Assembly (NCBI RefSeq): GCF_020885515.1
Contig: NZ_AP024987.1
Span: 1,200,001-1,232,000 of the forward strand
Length of the DNA stretch: 32,000 bases
Direction: 5' to 3'
From: a cyanobacterium endosymbiont of Braarudosphaera bigelowii
GTDB taxonomy: Bacteria > Cyanobacteriota > Cyanobacteriia > Cyanobacteriales > Microcystaceae
Shown here: positions 10,020 to 21,366 of the stretch, piece after piece
Position numbering within the stretch: position 1 is the first letter of the stretch
Layout: every line of letters begins with the position of its first letter
Notes under the pieces: generated by a model
Told to the model about the DNA's origin: nothing
What the model saw: only the letters and a program-made list of their open reading frames with translations
The model's database searches: none
Position numbers and translations under genes: made by a program

Positions 10020-10832
10020 ATGAATTTGCAAAATGATGCTCTAAAGGCTCTCAAAGAAACTAGTAGAACCTTCTATATACCAATTAGTCGTCTTCCTGAT
10101 AATTTGCGTGAAGCTGTTGCTTCAGCTTATCTCTGTATGCGTGCTATCGATGAAATTGAAGATCATCCCGACATTGAAAACTTCATCAAAGCTAAGATTT
10201 TGCGACAAATGAGTCTTAATTTGCAAGCTGTAAATGAAAAATCAGGAGTTAAAGATTTTTCAGCAGATTTGGCACCTTATGGCACTGTCTTACCAGATGT
10301 TAGCTTACAGTTAGGGAAATGGGCCTTACTAGCTCCTAACACTATTGCACCTCGAATTTGGGATGCAACGGCAGCAATGGCTGATAGGATGGCTTATTGG
10401 ACAGAAAATAATTGGACGATTCGTACGGAAGCTCACTTAGATCAATACACTTTTAGTGTAGCTGGTGCAGTAGGAATATTGCTATCAGATTTGTGGTCAT
10501 GGCACGACGGCACTCAAACAAATCGTCAACATGCTATTGGTTTTGGTAGAGGGTTACAAGCTGTTAATATTATTCGCAATCATCGAGAAGATTTAAATCG
10601 TGGAGTAAGCTTCATTCCTCAAGGTTGGCACATAAAGGATGTATACAAATATGCTCGCTATAATCTTACCTTAGCAGATCTCTATACTAAATCCCTTAGT
10701 TCAGGACCTGCGTTAGATTTTTGTAAAATTCCTTTGGCTCTGGCTCATGGGACATTAGATGTAATGGCCTTAGGAAAAGATAAACTTAGTCGTAGTGATG
10801 TAATGGCTTTAGTACAGCAAGCAACACACTAA
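10020..10832 (+). CDS. Squalene/phytoene synthase family protein
   Basis: 270 aa, ETSRTFYIPISRLP, first Asp-rich motif YLCMRAIDEIEDHPD, second motif GRGLQAVNIIRNHREDLNRG. Confidence 0.88.
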   Translation: MNLQNDALKALKETSRTFYIPISRLPDNLREAVASAYLCMRAIDEIEDHPDIENFIKAKILRQMSLNLQAVNEKSGVKDFSADLAPYGTVLPDVSLQLGKWALLAPNTIAPRIWDATAAMADRMAYWTENNWTIRTEAHLDQYTFSVAGAVGILLSDLWSWHDGTQTNRQHAIGFGRGLQAVNIIRNHREDLNRGVSFIPQGWHIKDVYKYARYNLTLADLYTKSLSSGPALDFCKIPLALAHGTLDVMALGKDKLSRSDVMALVQQATH

Positions 10833-11218
10833 ATTTTAAATAAATAGAATGTTAGCCCAATTATCATATTAAATTTCTTTTTGAAGAAATCATTCTTTAT
10901 GCTAATCAGTAATCTTATTAATTTGTCTTATTTAACTAATATTACTTAAGTACATTTTAGATTTCTTAATTAAAAAAATATGAAAATATGAAATTTATTA
11001 AGTAGCTTCAAACAAATTTACTTATTTTGTTTAATTATTGAAAAATAGTTATATTGAAAGCTAGTGATTTTTTAACTATTTTAGGCTAAAGTTCGTTTTT
11101 ATTCGGTTTTTATTAATCTTAAATCCTACCTTTTTTAATTCAAGATTTGTTAGGATAGTAGGCTAAGGCACATTCAAGTAGTATTTAATACTATTTTTCC
11201 TAATTATTTAAAGTTATC

Positions 11219-11247
11219 AAGGAAGTGGGTCATTACCCCACTTCCTT
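11219..11247 (+). promoter_or_regulatory. GC-rich hairpin immediately upstream of rimP (leader element or upstream terminator)
   Basis: aaggaagtggg (11219-11229) / cccacttcctt (11237-11247), loop tcattac, ending 23 nt before the rimP ATG and followed by an imperfect T-rich stretch. Confidence 0.55.
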
Positions 11248-11270
11248 TATTGTCTGATATTTTTTAAGTA

Positions 11271-11726
11271 ATGACTCATTTATTAATTCCACAAATTATT
11301 AGTTTAACAACTCCCATTATCAAAGAAATGGGAATAGATATAGTGAATGTATTTTTTCAAACCAATAAGCGTCCTTCTATTTTACGATTTGATATTTCTA
11401 ATCCTACTAAAAATATCAGTTTGAAGGATTGTGAAGAAGTAAGCCGATCTCTAGAGTCTATTTTAGATGAGACTGCTATTATTCCATATGCTTATATTTT
11501 AGAAGTTTCAAGTCCTGGCATATCTCAAACTCTAAATACTAAACGAGATTTTCTCACATTCCAAGGATTTGATATTAGTATTACAACTGATCCTCCCTAT
11601 TTAAATAAAAAAGAATGGCGAGGAAAACTTCAAAAACGAGATTCTGAAATTATTTATCTTAACTGTAAAGGTAGAATAGTTTCTATTCCACGTTTTTTAG
11701 TAGTTCAAGTCCAATTAGCAGACTGA
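11271..11726 (+). CDS. rimP: Ribosome maturation factor RimP
   Basis: 151 aa, VFFQTNKRPSILRFDISN, LEVSSPGISQTLNTKRDF. Located immediately upstream of nusA. Confidence 0.92.
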   Translation: MTHLLIPQIISLTTPIIKEMGIDIVNVFFQTNKRPSILRFDISNPTKNISLKDCEEVSRSLESILDETAIIPYAYILEVSSPGISQTLNTKRDFLTFQGFDISITTDPPYLNKKEWRGKLQKRDSEIIYLNCKGRIVSIPRFLVVQVQLAD

Positions 11727-11770
11727 TACACACTAGATTTATATAATTTATATATTTAGGAGATTTTTCT

Positions 11771-12922
11771 ATGTCCCTGGTTAGTTTACCTGGATTAATT
11801 AATATGATTGGAGAAATTAGTCAACGTCATAATTTACCCAAATCTGCTGTTCAAGAAGCCTTAAGAGAAGCTCTTTTAAAAGGCTATGAACGTTTCCGGC
11901 GTTCTCAAAATTTAGACCGTCAACCTTTTTATGATGAATATTTTGACAATTTTGAGGTTGAATTAGATACAGAAGAGGAAGGATTTAGAATTTTATCCAC
12001 AAAGAAAATTATGGAGAATGTGGAAAATATTGATCATCATATTTCTCTTCAGGAAGTACAAGAAGTAGCTTCTGAAGCTCAACTGGGTGATGAAGTCGTA
12101 TTAGATGTTACACCTGAGCAAAAAGATTTTGGTAGAATGGCTGCTATTCAGACTAAGCAAGTACTTTTACAGAAATTGCGGGATCAGCAAAGAAAACTCA
12201 TCCAAGAAGAATTTCAAGAATTAGAAGGTACAGTTCTTAGTGCAAGAGTTTTACGCTTTGAGCGTCAAGATATTATCGTTGCCGTTCAGAGCACTTTTGG
12301 TCAGCCTGAGGTGGAAGCAATTATCCCTAAACGAGAACAACTACCAAATGATAATTATCGAGCTAATTCATCTTTTAAAGTATTACTGAAAAAGGTGAGG
12401 GAAGGATCTCATCGTGGTCCACAACTTTTAGTATCACGTGCAGCAGCAGGATTAGTAGTAGATATGTTCTCTGTAGAAGTTCCTGAAATTGAAGAAGATA
12501 TAGTAAGGATTGTTGCTGTTTCTAGAGAAGCTAATCCTCCTTCCCGTTATGTGGGTCCTAGAACTAAAATTGCTGTTGATACTTTAGAGAGAGACGTTGA
12601 TCCTGTAGGAGCCTGTATTGGTGCACGAGGTTCTAGAATCCAAGCAGTCGTTAATGAACTAAGAGGAGAAAAGATAGATGTTATTCGCTGGTCTCCTGAT
12701 CCAGCTACCTACATAGCTAATGCTCTTAGTCCTGCTCGTGTGGATGAAGTCATATTGATTAGCCCTGATGAGCGACATGCCCTAATATTAGTTGCAGAGG
12801 ATCAGCTTAGTCTAGCTATTGGCAAAGAAGGGCAAAATGTTAGATTAGCAGCACGATTAACAGGATGGAAAATTGATATTAAAAATACTATTGCTTATAG
12901 AGAGGAATTAGAAAGCCAATAA
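11771..12922 (+). CDS. nusA: Transcription termination/antitermination factor NusA
   Basis: 383 aa, SQLVSRAAAGLVVDMFSVEVPEIEEDIVRIVAVSREANPPSRYVGPRTKIAV-like S1/KH region, DPVGACIGARGSRIQAVVNELRGEKIDVI. Confidence 0.95.
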   Translation: MSLVSLPGLINMIGEISQRHNLPKSAVQEALREALLKGYERFRRSQNLDRQPFYDEYFDNFEVELDTEEEGFRILSTKKIMENVENIDHHISLQEVQEVASEAQLGDEVVLDVTPEQKDFGRMAAIQTKQVLLQKLRDQQRKLIQEEFQELEGTVLSARVLRFERQDIIVAVQSTFGQPEVEAIIPKREQLPNDNYRANSSFKVLLKKVREGSHRGPQLLVSRAAAGLVVDMFSVEVPEIEEDIVRIVAVSREANPPSRYVGPRTKIAVDTLERDVDPVGACIGARGSRIQAVVNELRGEKIDVIRWSPDPATYIANALSPARVDEVILISPDERHALILVAEDQLSLAIGKEGQNVRLAARLTGWKIDIKNTIAYREELESQ

Positions 12923-12979
12923 TTTGAAAATTAATTCTATTTAAGATATGTCTTTCGCAATAGACCAATCTAAATCATA

Positions 12980-13237
12980 ATGAAAGCAAATTATCGACGC
13001 TGTGTTAGCTGCCGTTGTACTAATCATAAGAAGACATTTTGGAGAATAGTAAAAGTCTATTTATCCCAAAAGGTACAATTAGATAAGGGAATAGGAAGGT
13101 CAGCCTATTTATGTCCCAATGAAACTTGTTTAGCTATTGCTAGTCAAAAAAATCGTCTGGGACGAGGACTAAGAACTTCAATTCCTCAAGACATCTATAA
13201 GAAGTTATGGAAACGTTTAGAGAGTGAAAGTGCTTAG
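12980..13237 (+). CDS. ylxR: YlxR family RNA-binding protein
   Basis: 85 aa, YRRCVSCRCTNHKKTFWRIV...GRSAYLCPNETCLAIASQKNRLGRGLR. Sits in the nusA-ylxR-infB order. Confidence 0.88.
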   Translation: MKANYRRCVSCRCTNHKKTFWRIVKVYLSQKVQLDKGIGRSAYLCPNETCLAIASQKNRLGRGLRTSIPQDIYKKLWKRLESESA

Positions 13238-13459
13238 AAAAGTCTATTTCAGATTATCTATTAGTTTCATAAATTCGAATATAATTTTCTTAAAAATTTG
13301 GATACAAAAAATAGTATTCTCATAGATATAGAAGAGAAAATTGTTTTCATAATCATGATTATAAAACTTTACTCATATAGTTTTACAAAGAGCTTTTTCG
13401 TCAATTTTGTCGAGAAACTCAGCATTTACAATAGCCAAACTTAGTTAGGGGGATAGTGG

Positions 13460-16438
13460 ATGAACAACGTACATAAAGTGAGAATTTACGATTTATCAAA
13501 AGAATTAAATCTAGAAAACAAAGAGATTCTAGAAATTTGTGCTCAACTTAATATTGCCGTAAAAAGTCATAGTAGTACAATTACAGAATCACAGGTTGAG
13601 CGTATTAAAGTAATGGCAGAAAAATACATTACAAAACAAGGAACAGCTCAAGTAAATGACATCACTATATCGGGTGAGAAAAAACAGCAAATTTTAGCTA
13701 TTCACCATAAACAAATTCACTCTTCTTCTACTGAAGGTGAATCTGATGATCAATCAAATTATTTAGAGACTTCACAAACTGCTATTTCACCGCAGTCACC
13801 AACAGCCCCGAAACCGCCTCAAAGACCAATTCCACCAACATCGACTAAATCACCAAAAATTGATCGAGGTAACCTATCCAAACCCTCGATTTCAACAGAA
13901 AAATCTAAACCAGAAATTATAGATCCTGATTTATTAGAACCTCCCAGTTTAGAAAAATCTTCTAAAGAAAATTTTGAAAAGCCTACTAATAAACCAAGTA
14001 GAGAAAAACCATCTTTAGAAGGGAAAAATAAAATTAAACTTCCAAAAAGAGTTTCTAAAAGTATCTCTCTTAAATCAAAAGAAAAATCAGAAATAGTAGA
14101 TAGCACAACTGAACTTCAACCCAAAAAAAATCTAAAAAAACCTAGCATTGGAAAGCCAGATCTGAAAAAGCCTTCTTCTCATCCAGCAGAAGAGAAAAAA
14201 CATACTGTAACTTTTTCTACTCTTGACCCCTCTTCAATAATTGAAGAAGAAGACGAAGAAAATGATGAAAATGATGAAATCCTTGATATTGAGCTTAAGC
14301 CAAAGCCTCAATTAAAAAGACCTGCACCACCACGAATTTCTAAGAAAAAAGCTTGGGAAGAAGAAGAGGAAGAGGGAAATAAGGCAAAAGCGAACAAGGT
14401 AGGTACTAAAGCAAAACGCCGTTTTCAAACGATCGAAGACGATGATGATGATTTTGAATCAGAATCAGACCTTAATACTGTTTCTTTAAGCTTAAGCCTC
14501 TCTACAGCACGTCCTCCAAAACCAAAGTCTGATCTTCAAATGGCTGAAGTAGTTCATAAGCCTAAAAAGCCAACTTTAAAAACAATTGGCTCAGGAACTG
14601 AACGTAATCGTTCTGAACGTAAAGAGCGTCAAGAAGCTCCTGGACAACCAGAAAAAATAATTCTTGAAAAGAATCTTACAGTTAGAGAATTATCAGAACG
14701 CTTACATATATCAGAAACAGAGATTATTAAACTTCTATTTACTAAAGGAATTGCGGTGAATATCACTCAAACTTTAGATCAAGAAACAGCTAAAATGGTT
14801 ACAGAATCGTTTGGAGTTATTGTAGAAATTCCAGATGAGAAATCTGCAGCTATTAAAAGTATAGAAATGCTCGATGAAACGGACCTTGATAAGCTTCATC
14901 GCCGTCCTCCTGTAGTTACAATAATGGGCCATGTAGATCACGGTAAAACAACACTGCTTGACTCTATTAGACAAACGAAAGTAGCTCAAGGAGAAGCGGG
15001 TGGTATTACACAACATATTGGTGCTTATCATGTAGATATTGAGCATGACAATAAAAAACAACAACTAGTATTTTTAGATACACCTGGACATGAGGCTTTT
15101 ACAGCGATGAGAGCTAGAGGAGCCAGAATAACAGATATAGCTATCCTTGTGGTAGCAGCCGACGATGGTGTACAACCTCAAACTAGAGAAGCTATTAGCC
15201 ATGCAAAAGCAGCTGAGGTCCCAATTGTTGTAGCTATAAATAAAGTTGACAAATTAGAATCAAATCCGGATCGTATCAAACAAGAGCTATCAGACTTAGG
15301 TCTTGTACCAGAAGAATGGGGCGGAGATACTATAATGGTTCCAGTAAGTGCTCTTAAGGGAGATAACCTTGATCAGTTACTAGAAATGTTGGTCTTAGTA
15401 TCTGAAATTGAAGAGTTATCAGCCAATCCTAACCGTTTAGCAAAAGGAACAGTAATTGAAGCTAATTTGGATAAAAATAGAGGCCCAGTAGCAACATTAC
15501 TAATACAAAACGGTACCCTACGGGTAGGAGATCCTCTTGTTGTTGGTCCTGTATTTGGAAAAATACGCGCGATGATAGATGATCGAGGAAATAAAGTAAA
15601 AGAAGCTTCTCCTTCTTTTGCAGTTGAAATTCTTGGATTAAGTAGTGTCCCAGCTGCAGGAGATGACTTTGATATCTATTCAAGCGAAAAAGAAGCACGA
15701 GCTGTGGCTAATAAAAATGCACAAGAAAATCGTAAAACGAGATTACAACAAGCTCTATCTTCACGTCGTGTTACTTTAAGTACGTTATCAGCTAAGGCTC
15801 AAGATGGAGAGCTTAAAGAATTAAATCTCATTCTTAAAGCTGATGTTCAGGGATCCATTGAAGCAATTTTAGGTTCTTTAGAACAGTTGCCTCAAACTGA
15901 AGTACAAATACGTGTTTTATTAGCTGCTCCAGGAGAAGTCACAGAAACAGATGTGGATCTTGCTGCTGCAAGTGGTGCAGTTATTATTGGCTTTAACACT
16001 AATTTAGCCAATGGTGCTAGATCTGCTGCAGATAAAGAAGAAGTAGATATTAGAGAATACGATATTATTTATAAACTTCTAGATGATATTCAAGGAGCTA
16101 TGGAAGGTCTTCTTGAACCTGAAGAGATAGAATCTCCTTTAGGACAGGCTGAAGTCCGGGCTGTTTTTCCGGTAGGAAGAGGAGCTGTTGCAGGTTGCTA
16201 TGTGTTATCTGGCAAAGTTGTTCGTAACCGCTTTATACGTGTTATCCGGGATGGTAATACGATTTACCAAGGAACACTAGATTCCTTAAAAAGAATGAAA
16301 GAAGATATGAGAGAAGTAAATTCTGGTTATGAATGTGGTATTGGTATTGATAAGTTTAATAACTGGAAAGAAGGTGACACGATTGAAGCCTTTGAGATGA
16401 TTATGAAACGTCGTACTTTAATCGGAAGATCCACATAA
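13460..16438 (+). CDS. infB: Translation initiation factor IF-2
   Basis: 992 aa. G1 motif [27 protein letters not shown]. Long charged Pro/Lys/Glu-rich N-terminal linker as in cyanobacterial IF-2. Confidence 0.97.
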   Translation: MNNVHKVRIYDLSKELNLENKEILEICAQLNIAVKSHSSTITESQVERIKVMAEKYITKQGTAQVNDITISGEKKQQILAIHHKQIHSSSTEGESDDQSNYLETSQTAISPQSPTAPKPPQRPIPPTSTKSPKIDRGNLSKPSISTEKSKPEIIDPDLLEPPSLEKSSKENFEKPTNKPSREKPSLEGKNKIKLPKRVSKSISLKSKEKSEIVDSTTELQPKKNLKKPSIGKPDLKKPSSHPAEEKKHTVTFSTLDPSSIIEEEDEENDENDEILDIELKPKPQLKRPAPPRISKKKAWEEEEEEGNKAKANKVGTKAKRRFQTIEDDDDDFESESDLNTVSLSLSLSTARPPKPKSDLQMAEVVHKPKKPTLKTIGSGTERNRSERKERQEAPGQPEKIILEKNLTVRELSERLHISETEIIKLLFTKGIAVNITQTLDQETAKMVTESFGVIVEIPDEKSAAIKSIEMLDETDLDKLHRRPPVVTIMGHVDHGKTTLLDSIRQTKVAQGEAGGITQHIGAYHVDIEHDNKKQQLVFLDTPGHEAFTAMRARGARITDIAILVVAADDGVQPQTREAISHAKAAEVPIVVAINKVDKLESNPDRIKQELSDLGLVPEEWGGDTIMVPVSALKGDNLDQLLEMLVLVSEIEELSANPNRLAKGTVIEANLDKNRGPVATLLIQNGTLRVGDPLVVGPVFGKIRAMIDDRGNKVKEASPSFAVEILGLSSVPAAGDDFDIYSSEKEARAVANKNAQENRKTRLQQALSSRRVTLSTLSAKAQDGELKELNLILKADVQGSIEAILGSLEQLPQTEVQIRVLLAAPGEVTETDVDLAAASGAVIIGFNTNLANGARSAADKEEVDIREYDIIYKLLDDIQGAMEGLLEPEEIESPLGQAEVRAVFPVGRGAVAGCYVLSGKVVRNRFIRVIRDGNTIYQGTLDSLKRMKEDMREVNSGYECGIGIDKFNNWKEGDTIEAFEMIMKRRTLIGRST

Positions 16439-16439
16439 A

Positions 16440-16489
16440 TTCTAATTAAAAACGCAACTTAGAACTTTAAGTTGCGTTTTTAATTAGAA
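16440..16489. terminator. Bidirectional intrinsic terminator between infB and the convergent glycosyltransferase gene
   Basis: Perfect 22-nt arms: ttctaattaaaaacgcaactta (16440-16461) / taagttgcgtttttaattagaa (16468-16489), loop gaactt. The stem core is followed by T5 on both strands. Starts right after the infB stop codon. Confidence 0.85.
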
Positions 16490-16562
16490 AACTAACTTGT
16501 AATAATAGACTTGATCTCATCAAGTTTCACTGACAAAACAATAAATTATCAATTATATTGTT

Positions 16563-19556
16563 TTATTTATTAATTTGAGTAAACCATAAAGATGAATGTT
16601 GCTCATGACGATTATCATTAAATATAATATAAGTTGGTTCTAATCCTAAACTTAAATCTTTATTCCATGAAGCTCTATGTTCTTTTTGGATTTGAGAAGC
16701 AACTTTACGAATCTCTAATATTTTTTTGAGAGGAGACCACTGAGATAGTTTAGAAATACAATCCAATGAACGATAAGACCTTATTAAGGTTTCAATCCCA
16801 TTAAAATATTTTAAAACCTTTGACTGGGGATAAATTTCTTTCAAATAAAGACATAAATTATAAGCATATTCTAAATCTGTACTTGTATGTGTACAATAAG
16901 ATTTTCGGTAACATAAGCACAAATAAATTAGATTTTCTACCTCCTCCATACTTCTATTTGCAAAAGCATAACGAATTCCTCCGAGAGTACGATGAATATA
17001 CCAAGCTCTCATATCCTCGATTTCGATAGCTGGACTTTGTGTTGTCCTTTCATCAGGGTAATTCCAAAATACTCCTAAAGTACAATCTACAATCTTGCTT
17101 TTTATAAATGGAAGAATACGACTTTTAAATTCAGTATCACCAGCTCCTCTAAAGCTACTGTCGTAATAACCAAATCTTTTATGTATAGAACGACGATATA
17201 GAGCACCTACCCATGACAAGTAACAAGTTTCCAAATAAACTAAATCTTGTCTATATTCTTTCCGATAATACGGCATAATATCACTTACCCAGCCACCATT
17301 ACTATCGACTTCGGTAACAAGACTATGTCCAGTAACCCAATCTAAATCTGGAGCTTTATCTAATTCGTGAGCGAGAATTTCTAGACAATTAGGAAGAATT
17401 GTTTCATCTACTCCTAAAAAAGATAAAAAGTCTGCTTTAGACAAATCAATTCCTCTATTCCAAGCCATTTGTATGGTTTCTCTCTCTTTAGACCTTGCAT
17501 AAACAACAGGAATATCTAAGTCATCAACTATTTGCTTAAAGACTGTGTATTCATCTCCTGGGGAACCACTATCTATCAGGATTATTTCTGCTTCTTTTTT
17601 TTGAATAAGAGTTTGATGTTTTAAAGTTTTTAAAAAGAAAACCAGTTTAGAGGATGCATTATAAAGAGAAACTATAATACTGACACGATAAGTCGATTTA
17701 TGACGTCGATCATCTAGAAATTCATAATTCCATTTATTGTTTAAGGAATTGCTTAATCGATTTTGCTCTAATAATTGATAACATTTATCTTCTTTATCTT
17801 CTGAAGTACTATACATTGCCTCTATTACATCGGATTCCTTCGTAAAACCTTTATTTTTTAAAACTCTTACTATGGAGGGAAGATCATCAAATAAATCTTT
17901 GTTTAGTAAACGTATGCTTCTTAATTTATAAGTAACTGCAACCAGTTCATTCCCTCTCAAATCTTCGATTCTAGCAATTCCTTTCCATAGGCGAGCCCTG
18001 TCGATACGATATCCATTACCTAATCGGCTCCGTATACCTTCACTTTCGTAATCAACGTTTGAACCTAATTTCCAGCATTCTTGAATTTTTTTATCAAGAT
18101 CCTTCTGAGTCAATTCTAAAGTATTAAAAATATGCTTATATCGTCTAACTAGCTTCGGAGCTTTTAAGACTTGGGCATTATGAGCTTTACTTAGCGGAAC
18201 TTTGATAAGCTCCTTATTTCTTCTAACTTCATTCTTAATTTGTTGATAGATTGGCTTTACATTAGATCTAATTTTAGATTTTAATAATCTAAGACCTGGT
18301 ATTTTATCTAGGCTGCTTAATTGACCAGACTCCCAATAGCTTATTAATTGTGAGTACCAGCGATTTAAATCTTCGCAAATTTCAGAATTCGAAGTTGGAG
18401 AAGAGCTGTAAATTTCCTTCAATAAAGGATCGCTACTTGTAAAATTTGAGTCACGAATTCCAGCAATTAACTTATTTCTATAATCATCATAATTATTTAA
18501 TAAATTAATAATTTCTGGTAGAGAATCATAAATGTTATTAATATCAATCTTAATAAATGGAATTTTTGGAAAATTATCTTCTAGAAAACGACATACTCCT
18601 GCACCGTTTCCGATAATAGTAGGACATCCTGAAAAAAGTGACTCTAAAGCTACTAAATTTAAAGTATCGTATCTAGAAGGAACAAAAGTAATTGATTTAC
18701 TATTAAATAACTTCACTAGATCTAAATGCGACATTGATGAACATATTTTTAGATCTTTCCCTCTATTTTCAATCATCTTTTCTAAATAATCTTCAGATGA
18801 TTGAGTTCCATTATAGTTATAACTATGAGGACCTATTATAGAAGCATTACTATATTTGTCTCGTGGTATCCACCAAATTAAATCTACAAATATATCAGGT
18901 CCTTTTCGTTTTTCTGTTCTACCAATAAAATTTAGACTAGGTAAAGATTTTGAAGTAGAGTCTAGCCTAACCTCAGGTAAATCCATAAAATGCAATGGAT
19001 TATAATAATAAGTTTTTAAACTATCAACTTTCTTCCATTCATCTAAATAACTTTTACTAATTCCATAACGAATATCCACAGTTTGATATTGCATTTTTTC
19101 TTGTAAAGAAAGTGGAATATTTTCTTTACCCTCGAACCAATCTAACTGTAATGTTTTAGATATTATGCCGTGCATCGAAAGTGCAATTAACCCGCAATTT
19201 ACATGAAAATAATTTAAAGCAGGACGTAAAAACATTCCCCACTGCTCATAATCAGGTACATCAACCACATCAAAGTTCATATTTGTACAAGAAGCTGCTA
19301 TGTTACTGGCTTGAACAAAAGCTGACTGTACCCATTTAGGTGGTGTCGTCTCAAAAAAATTTTTGAAATCTTCAGAATTAAATACTTCTTGATAAGGTAT
19401 TTTATGGGAATTATCAAGATGAGAAGTATTTAAAAATTCATTTTTAGCAATGTAATAAAAATCTATTTGAGGATTCTTTTTGATAAGACTACGATAAAAA
19501 GTTTGCCCGCCTCCCATCTTCTGAAATAAATCAAAGTCAGCAATAAGAACTTTCAT
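16563..19556 (-). CDS. Large multidomain glycosyltransferase (N-terminal GT4/group-1-like plus C-terminal GT2-like)
   Basis: 997 aa. N-terminal GGGQTFYRSL and FIGRTEKRKGPDIFVDLIW...FVPSRYDTLNLVALESLFSGCPTIIGNGAG (group 1 pattern). C-terminal VSIIVSLYNASSKLVFFLKTLKHQT...EIILIDSGSPGDEY...ARSKERETIQMAWNRGIDLSKADFLSFLGVDE (family 2 pattern). Confidence 0.87.
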   Translation of the reverse strand: MKVLIADFDLFQKMGGGQTFYRSLIKKNPQIDFYYIAKNEFLNTSHLDNSHKIPYQEVFNSEDFKNFFETTPPKWVQSAFVQASNIAASCTNMNFDVVDVPDYEQWGMFLRPALNYFHVNCGLIALSMHGIISKTLQLDWFEGKENIPLSLQEKMQYQTVDIRYGISKSYLDEWKKVDSLKTYYYNPLHFMDLPEVRLDSTSKSLPSLNFIGRTEKRKGPDIFVDLIWWIPRDKYSNASIIGPHSYNYNGTQSSEDYLEKMIENRGKDLKICSSMSHLDLVKLFNSKSITFVPSRYDTLNLVALESLFSGCPTIIGNGAGVCRFLEDNFPKIPFIKIDINNIYDSLPEIINLLNNYDDYRNKLIAGIRDSNFTSSDPLLKEIYSSSPTSNSEICEDLNRWYSQLISYWESGQLSSLDKIPGLRLLKSKIRSNVKPIYQQIKNEVRRNKELIKVPLSKAHNAQVLKAPKLVRRYKHIFNTLELTQKDLDKKIQECWKLGSNVDYESEGIRSRLGNGYRIDRARLWKGIARIEDLRGNELVAVTYKLRSIRLLNKDLFDDLPSIVRVLKNKGFTKESDVIEAMYSTSEDKEDKCYQLLEQNRLSNSLNNKWNYEFLDDRRHKSTYRVSIIVSLYNASSKLVFFLKTLKHQTLIQKKEAEIILIDSGSPGDEYTVFKQIVDDLDIPVVYARSKERETIQMAWNRGIDLSKADFLSFLGVDETILPNCLEILAHELDKAPDLDWVTGHSLVTEVDSNGGWVSDIMPYYRKEYRQDLVYLETCYLSWVGALYRRSIHKRFGYYDSSFRGAGDTEFKSRILPFIKSKIVDCTLGVFWNYPDERTTQSPAIEIEDMRAWYIHRTLGGIRYAFANRSMEEVENLIYLCLCYRKSYCTHTSTDLEYAYNLCLYLKEIYPQSKVLKYFNGIETLIRSYRSLDCISKLSQWSPLKKILEIRKVASQIQKEHRASWNKDLSLGLEPTYIIFNDNRHEQHSSLWFTQINK

Positions 19557-20254
19557 ATAATTAATATTTATATTTGAATAATCGATTAATTTTAAATGTT
19601 TTTGAAAACTGTAGCCAAATAATTAGCAAAGTTAAAAATAGTATATTAGTTTAACTGTTATAAAAAAAATAATGAATTGTAAAATGTTGTAAGTTATTCA
19701 TAAATGTTAAATACAAAAAGAAATATAGTTAATTTATCAATAAAAATTTTCTAAAATTTAGTCAACTAGAGAAAAATTAATCTAAATAAATTATGTATAT
19801 GTATCACTAATATAACAATATTCAAAAAAATATATCGCTACAAACCGTTTTATAAAAGATAATTTCTTTTATAGATACGATTTACAGTATGTATTGTTTA
19901 ATTTATGATTATTACATATATGCTAATAAATACTATCAATACCGGTTTTATTTATTATTTACTAGACTAAATTATACATATACAAAAAATTAAACTTCAA
20001 TGATACTTATAATATTTGTACGTTATTTTTAATAAGCACAACTTTTTGATTTTGTATCGTACTATATAGTTATTATCTAGTTTTTAAATACTTGAATTAA
20101 TAAAAAGTGTCTCAGTATTTCTTTTAAAAAAATTTATAATGCTACGAATATAAGATTTTATTAATAAATATATGAGTATTATTGTTCTGATGTGATCAAT
20201 ACCTTTTGTTTTTTATCTTACAATGTTTTTATACTATTTACATACTCATAAAAA

Positions 20255-20845
20255 ATGCCAGAAGTATCGCCAGCTGAATTAGTTCAAGGACTATTTAAAG
20301 GTAAAGTGGTTAGCTTCCCGACTGATACAGTTCCTGCTTTAGCTACATTGCCTCAAAATGCTTCTTCAATTTTTACAATGAAGAAGCGCTCTTTTAAGAA
20401 ACCTCTAATTTTAATGTCTTCATCATCAGAATCTGTCTGGAAATATACTCAAGGAACCTCTAGTGAACTGAAGATTTGGAAGAACATAGCATATAAATAT
20501 TGGCCAGGGCCTTTGACCTTAGTATTACCAGCCTCTAAATTTATTATTAGTACCAACACTAATAATCTTATTAATTCGAAAACAATAGGAATACGTATTC
20601 CTAATTGTTTTGCAGCACAAAGAATATTACAGAAAGTAGGATGTTTATTTACCACTAGCGTTAATATTTCAGGAGAAAAACCTGCCAAAAACATAACTGA
20701 AATATTAGAAAATTTTCCTGAAGTTTTAGTTTTGCAGAGGCAAAATTTTAATAATTACAAATACAGTAGTGGGCTACCATCTACTGTTGTTGAATGGAAA
20801 TTAAGAAAATGGGAAATCTTACGACAAGGTTGCATTAATATTTAA
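20255..20845 (+). CDS. YrdC/Sua5 domain protein (threonylcarbamoyladenylate synthase type)
   Basis: 196 aa, GKVVSFPTDTVPALATLP, KKRSFKKPLILM, YKYWPGPLTLVLPAS, IGIRIPNC, TTSVNISGE. Confidence 0.87.
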   Translation: MPEVSPAELVQGLFKGKVVSFPTDTVPALATLPQNASSIFTMKKRSFKKPLILMSSSSESVWKYTQGTSSELKIWKNIAYKYWPGPLTLVLPASKFIISTNTNNLINSKTIGIRIPNCFAAQRILQKVGCLFTTSVNISGEKPAKNITEILENFPEVLVLQRQNFNNYKYSSGLPSTVVEWKLRKWEILRQGCINI

Positions 20846-21366
20846 TATAAATTATCTAAAATAGCAAAAGTATATATTATTACCTAATAAATGAAAATTT
20901 TATATATTTAATTTGTAACTTAAAATATTATTCAAGAATATTTTTTCAATAAAATAATAGCTTAAAAACTACTTTGAAATTAACAACTACAAAAAGCTAT
21001 TTTAGTAAAAAGAACTTTATATAAGAAAAGTTTGGTATACTCAAAGTTATTTTATAGTTAAGATAATTGATGATGAAACAGACTTATTGATTATTGGTAA
21101 ACCTAATTCTTTTTATAACTATTATTAATCTAATTATCAATATGTATAAAGCACTGGCCAAATTAACTCAACTTAGTAAATTCAACTTACTGATAATAGT
21201 TTTAACCAAATAGGTATGCATAGTTTTTTATAAATATTTAGAGCTTTTTGTTGCACATTATGTAGATTTTACGATTCTCAATAAATCTTTCAAAAAAAAT
21301 TATTTAGAAAGTATTCTATCTTAAGTAAAACTATTTGAAATACGGTACTTTTTAAATACTCTTAAT

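Noticed and set aside
13819-15698. Minus-strand ORFs 13819..14106, 14774..15064 and 15462..15698
   Set aside because: Antisense to infB. They contain sequence mirroring the repetitive linker or GTPase domain codons.
16820-18789. Plus-strand ORFs 16820..17029 and 18532..18789
   Set aside because: Antisense to the long glycosyltransferase ORF.
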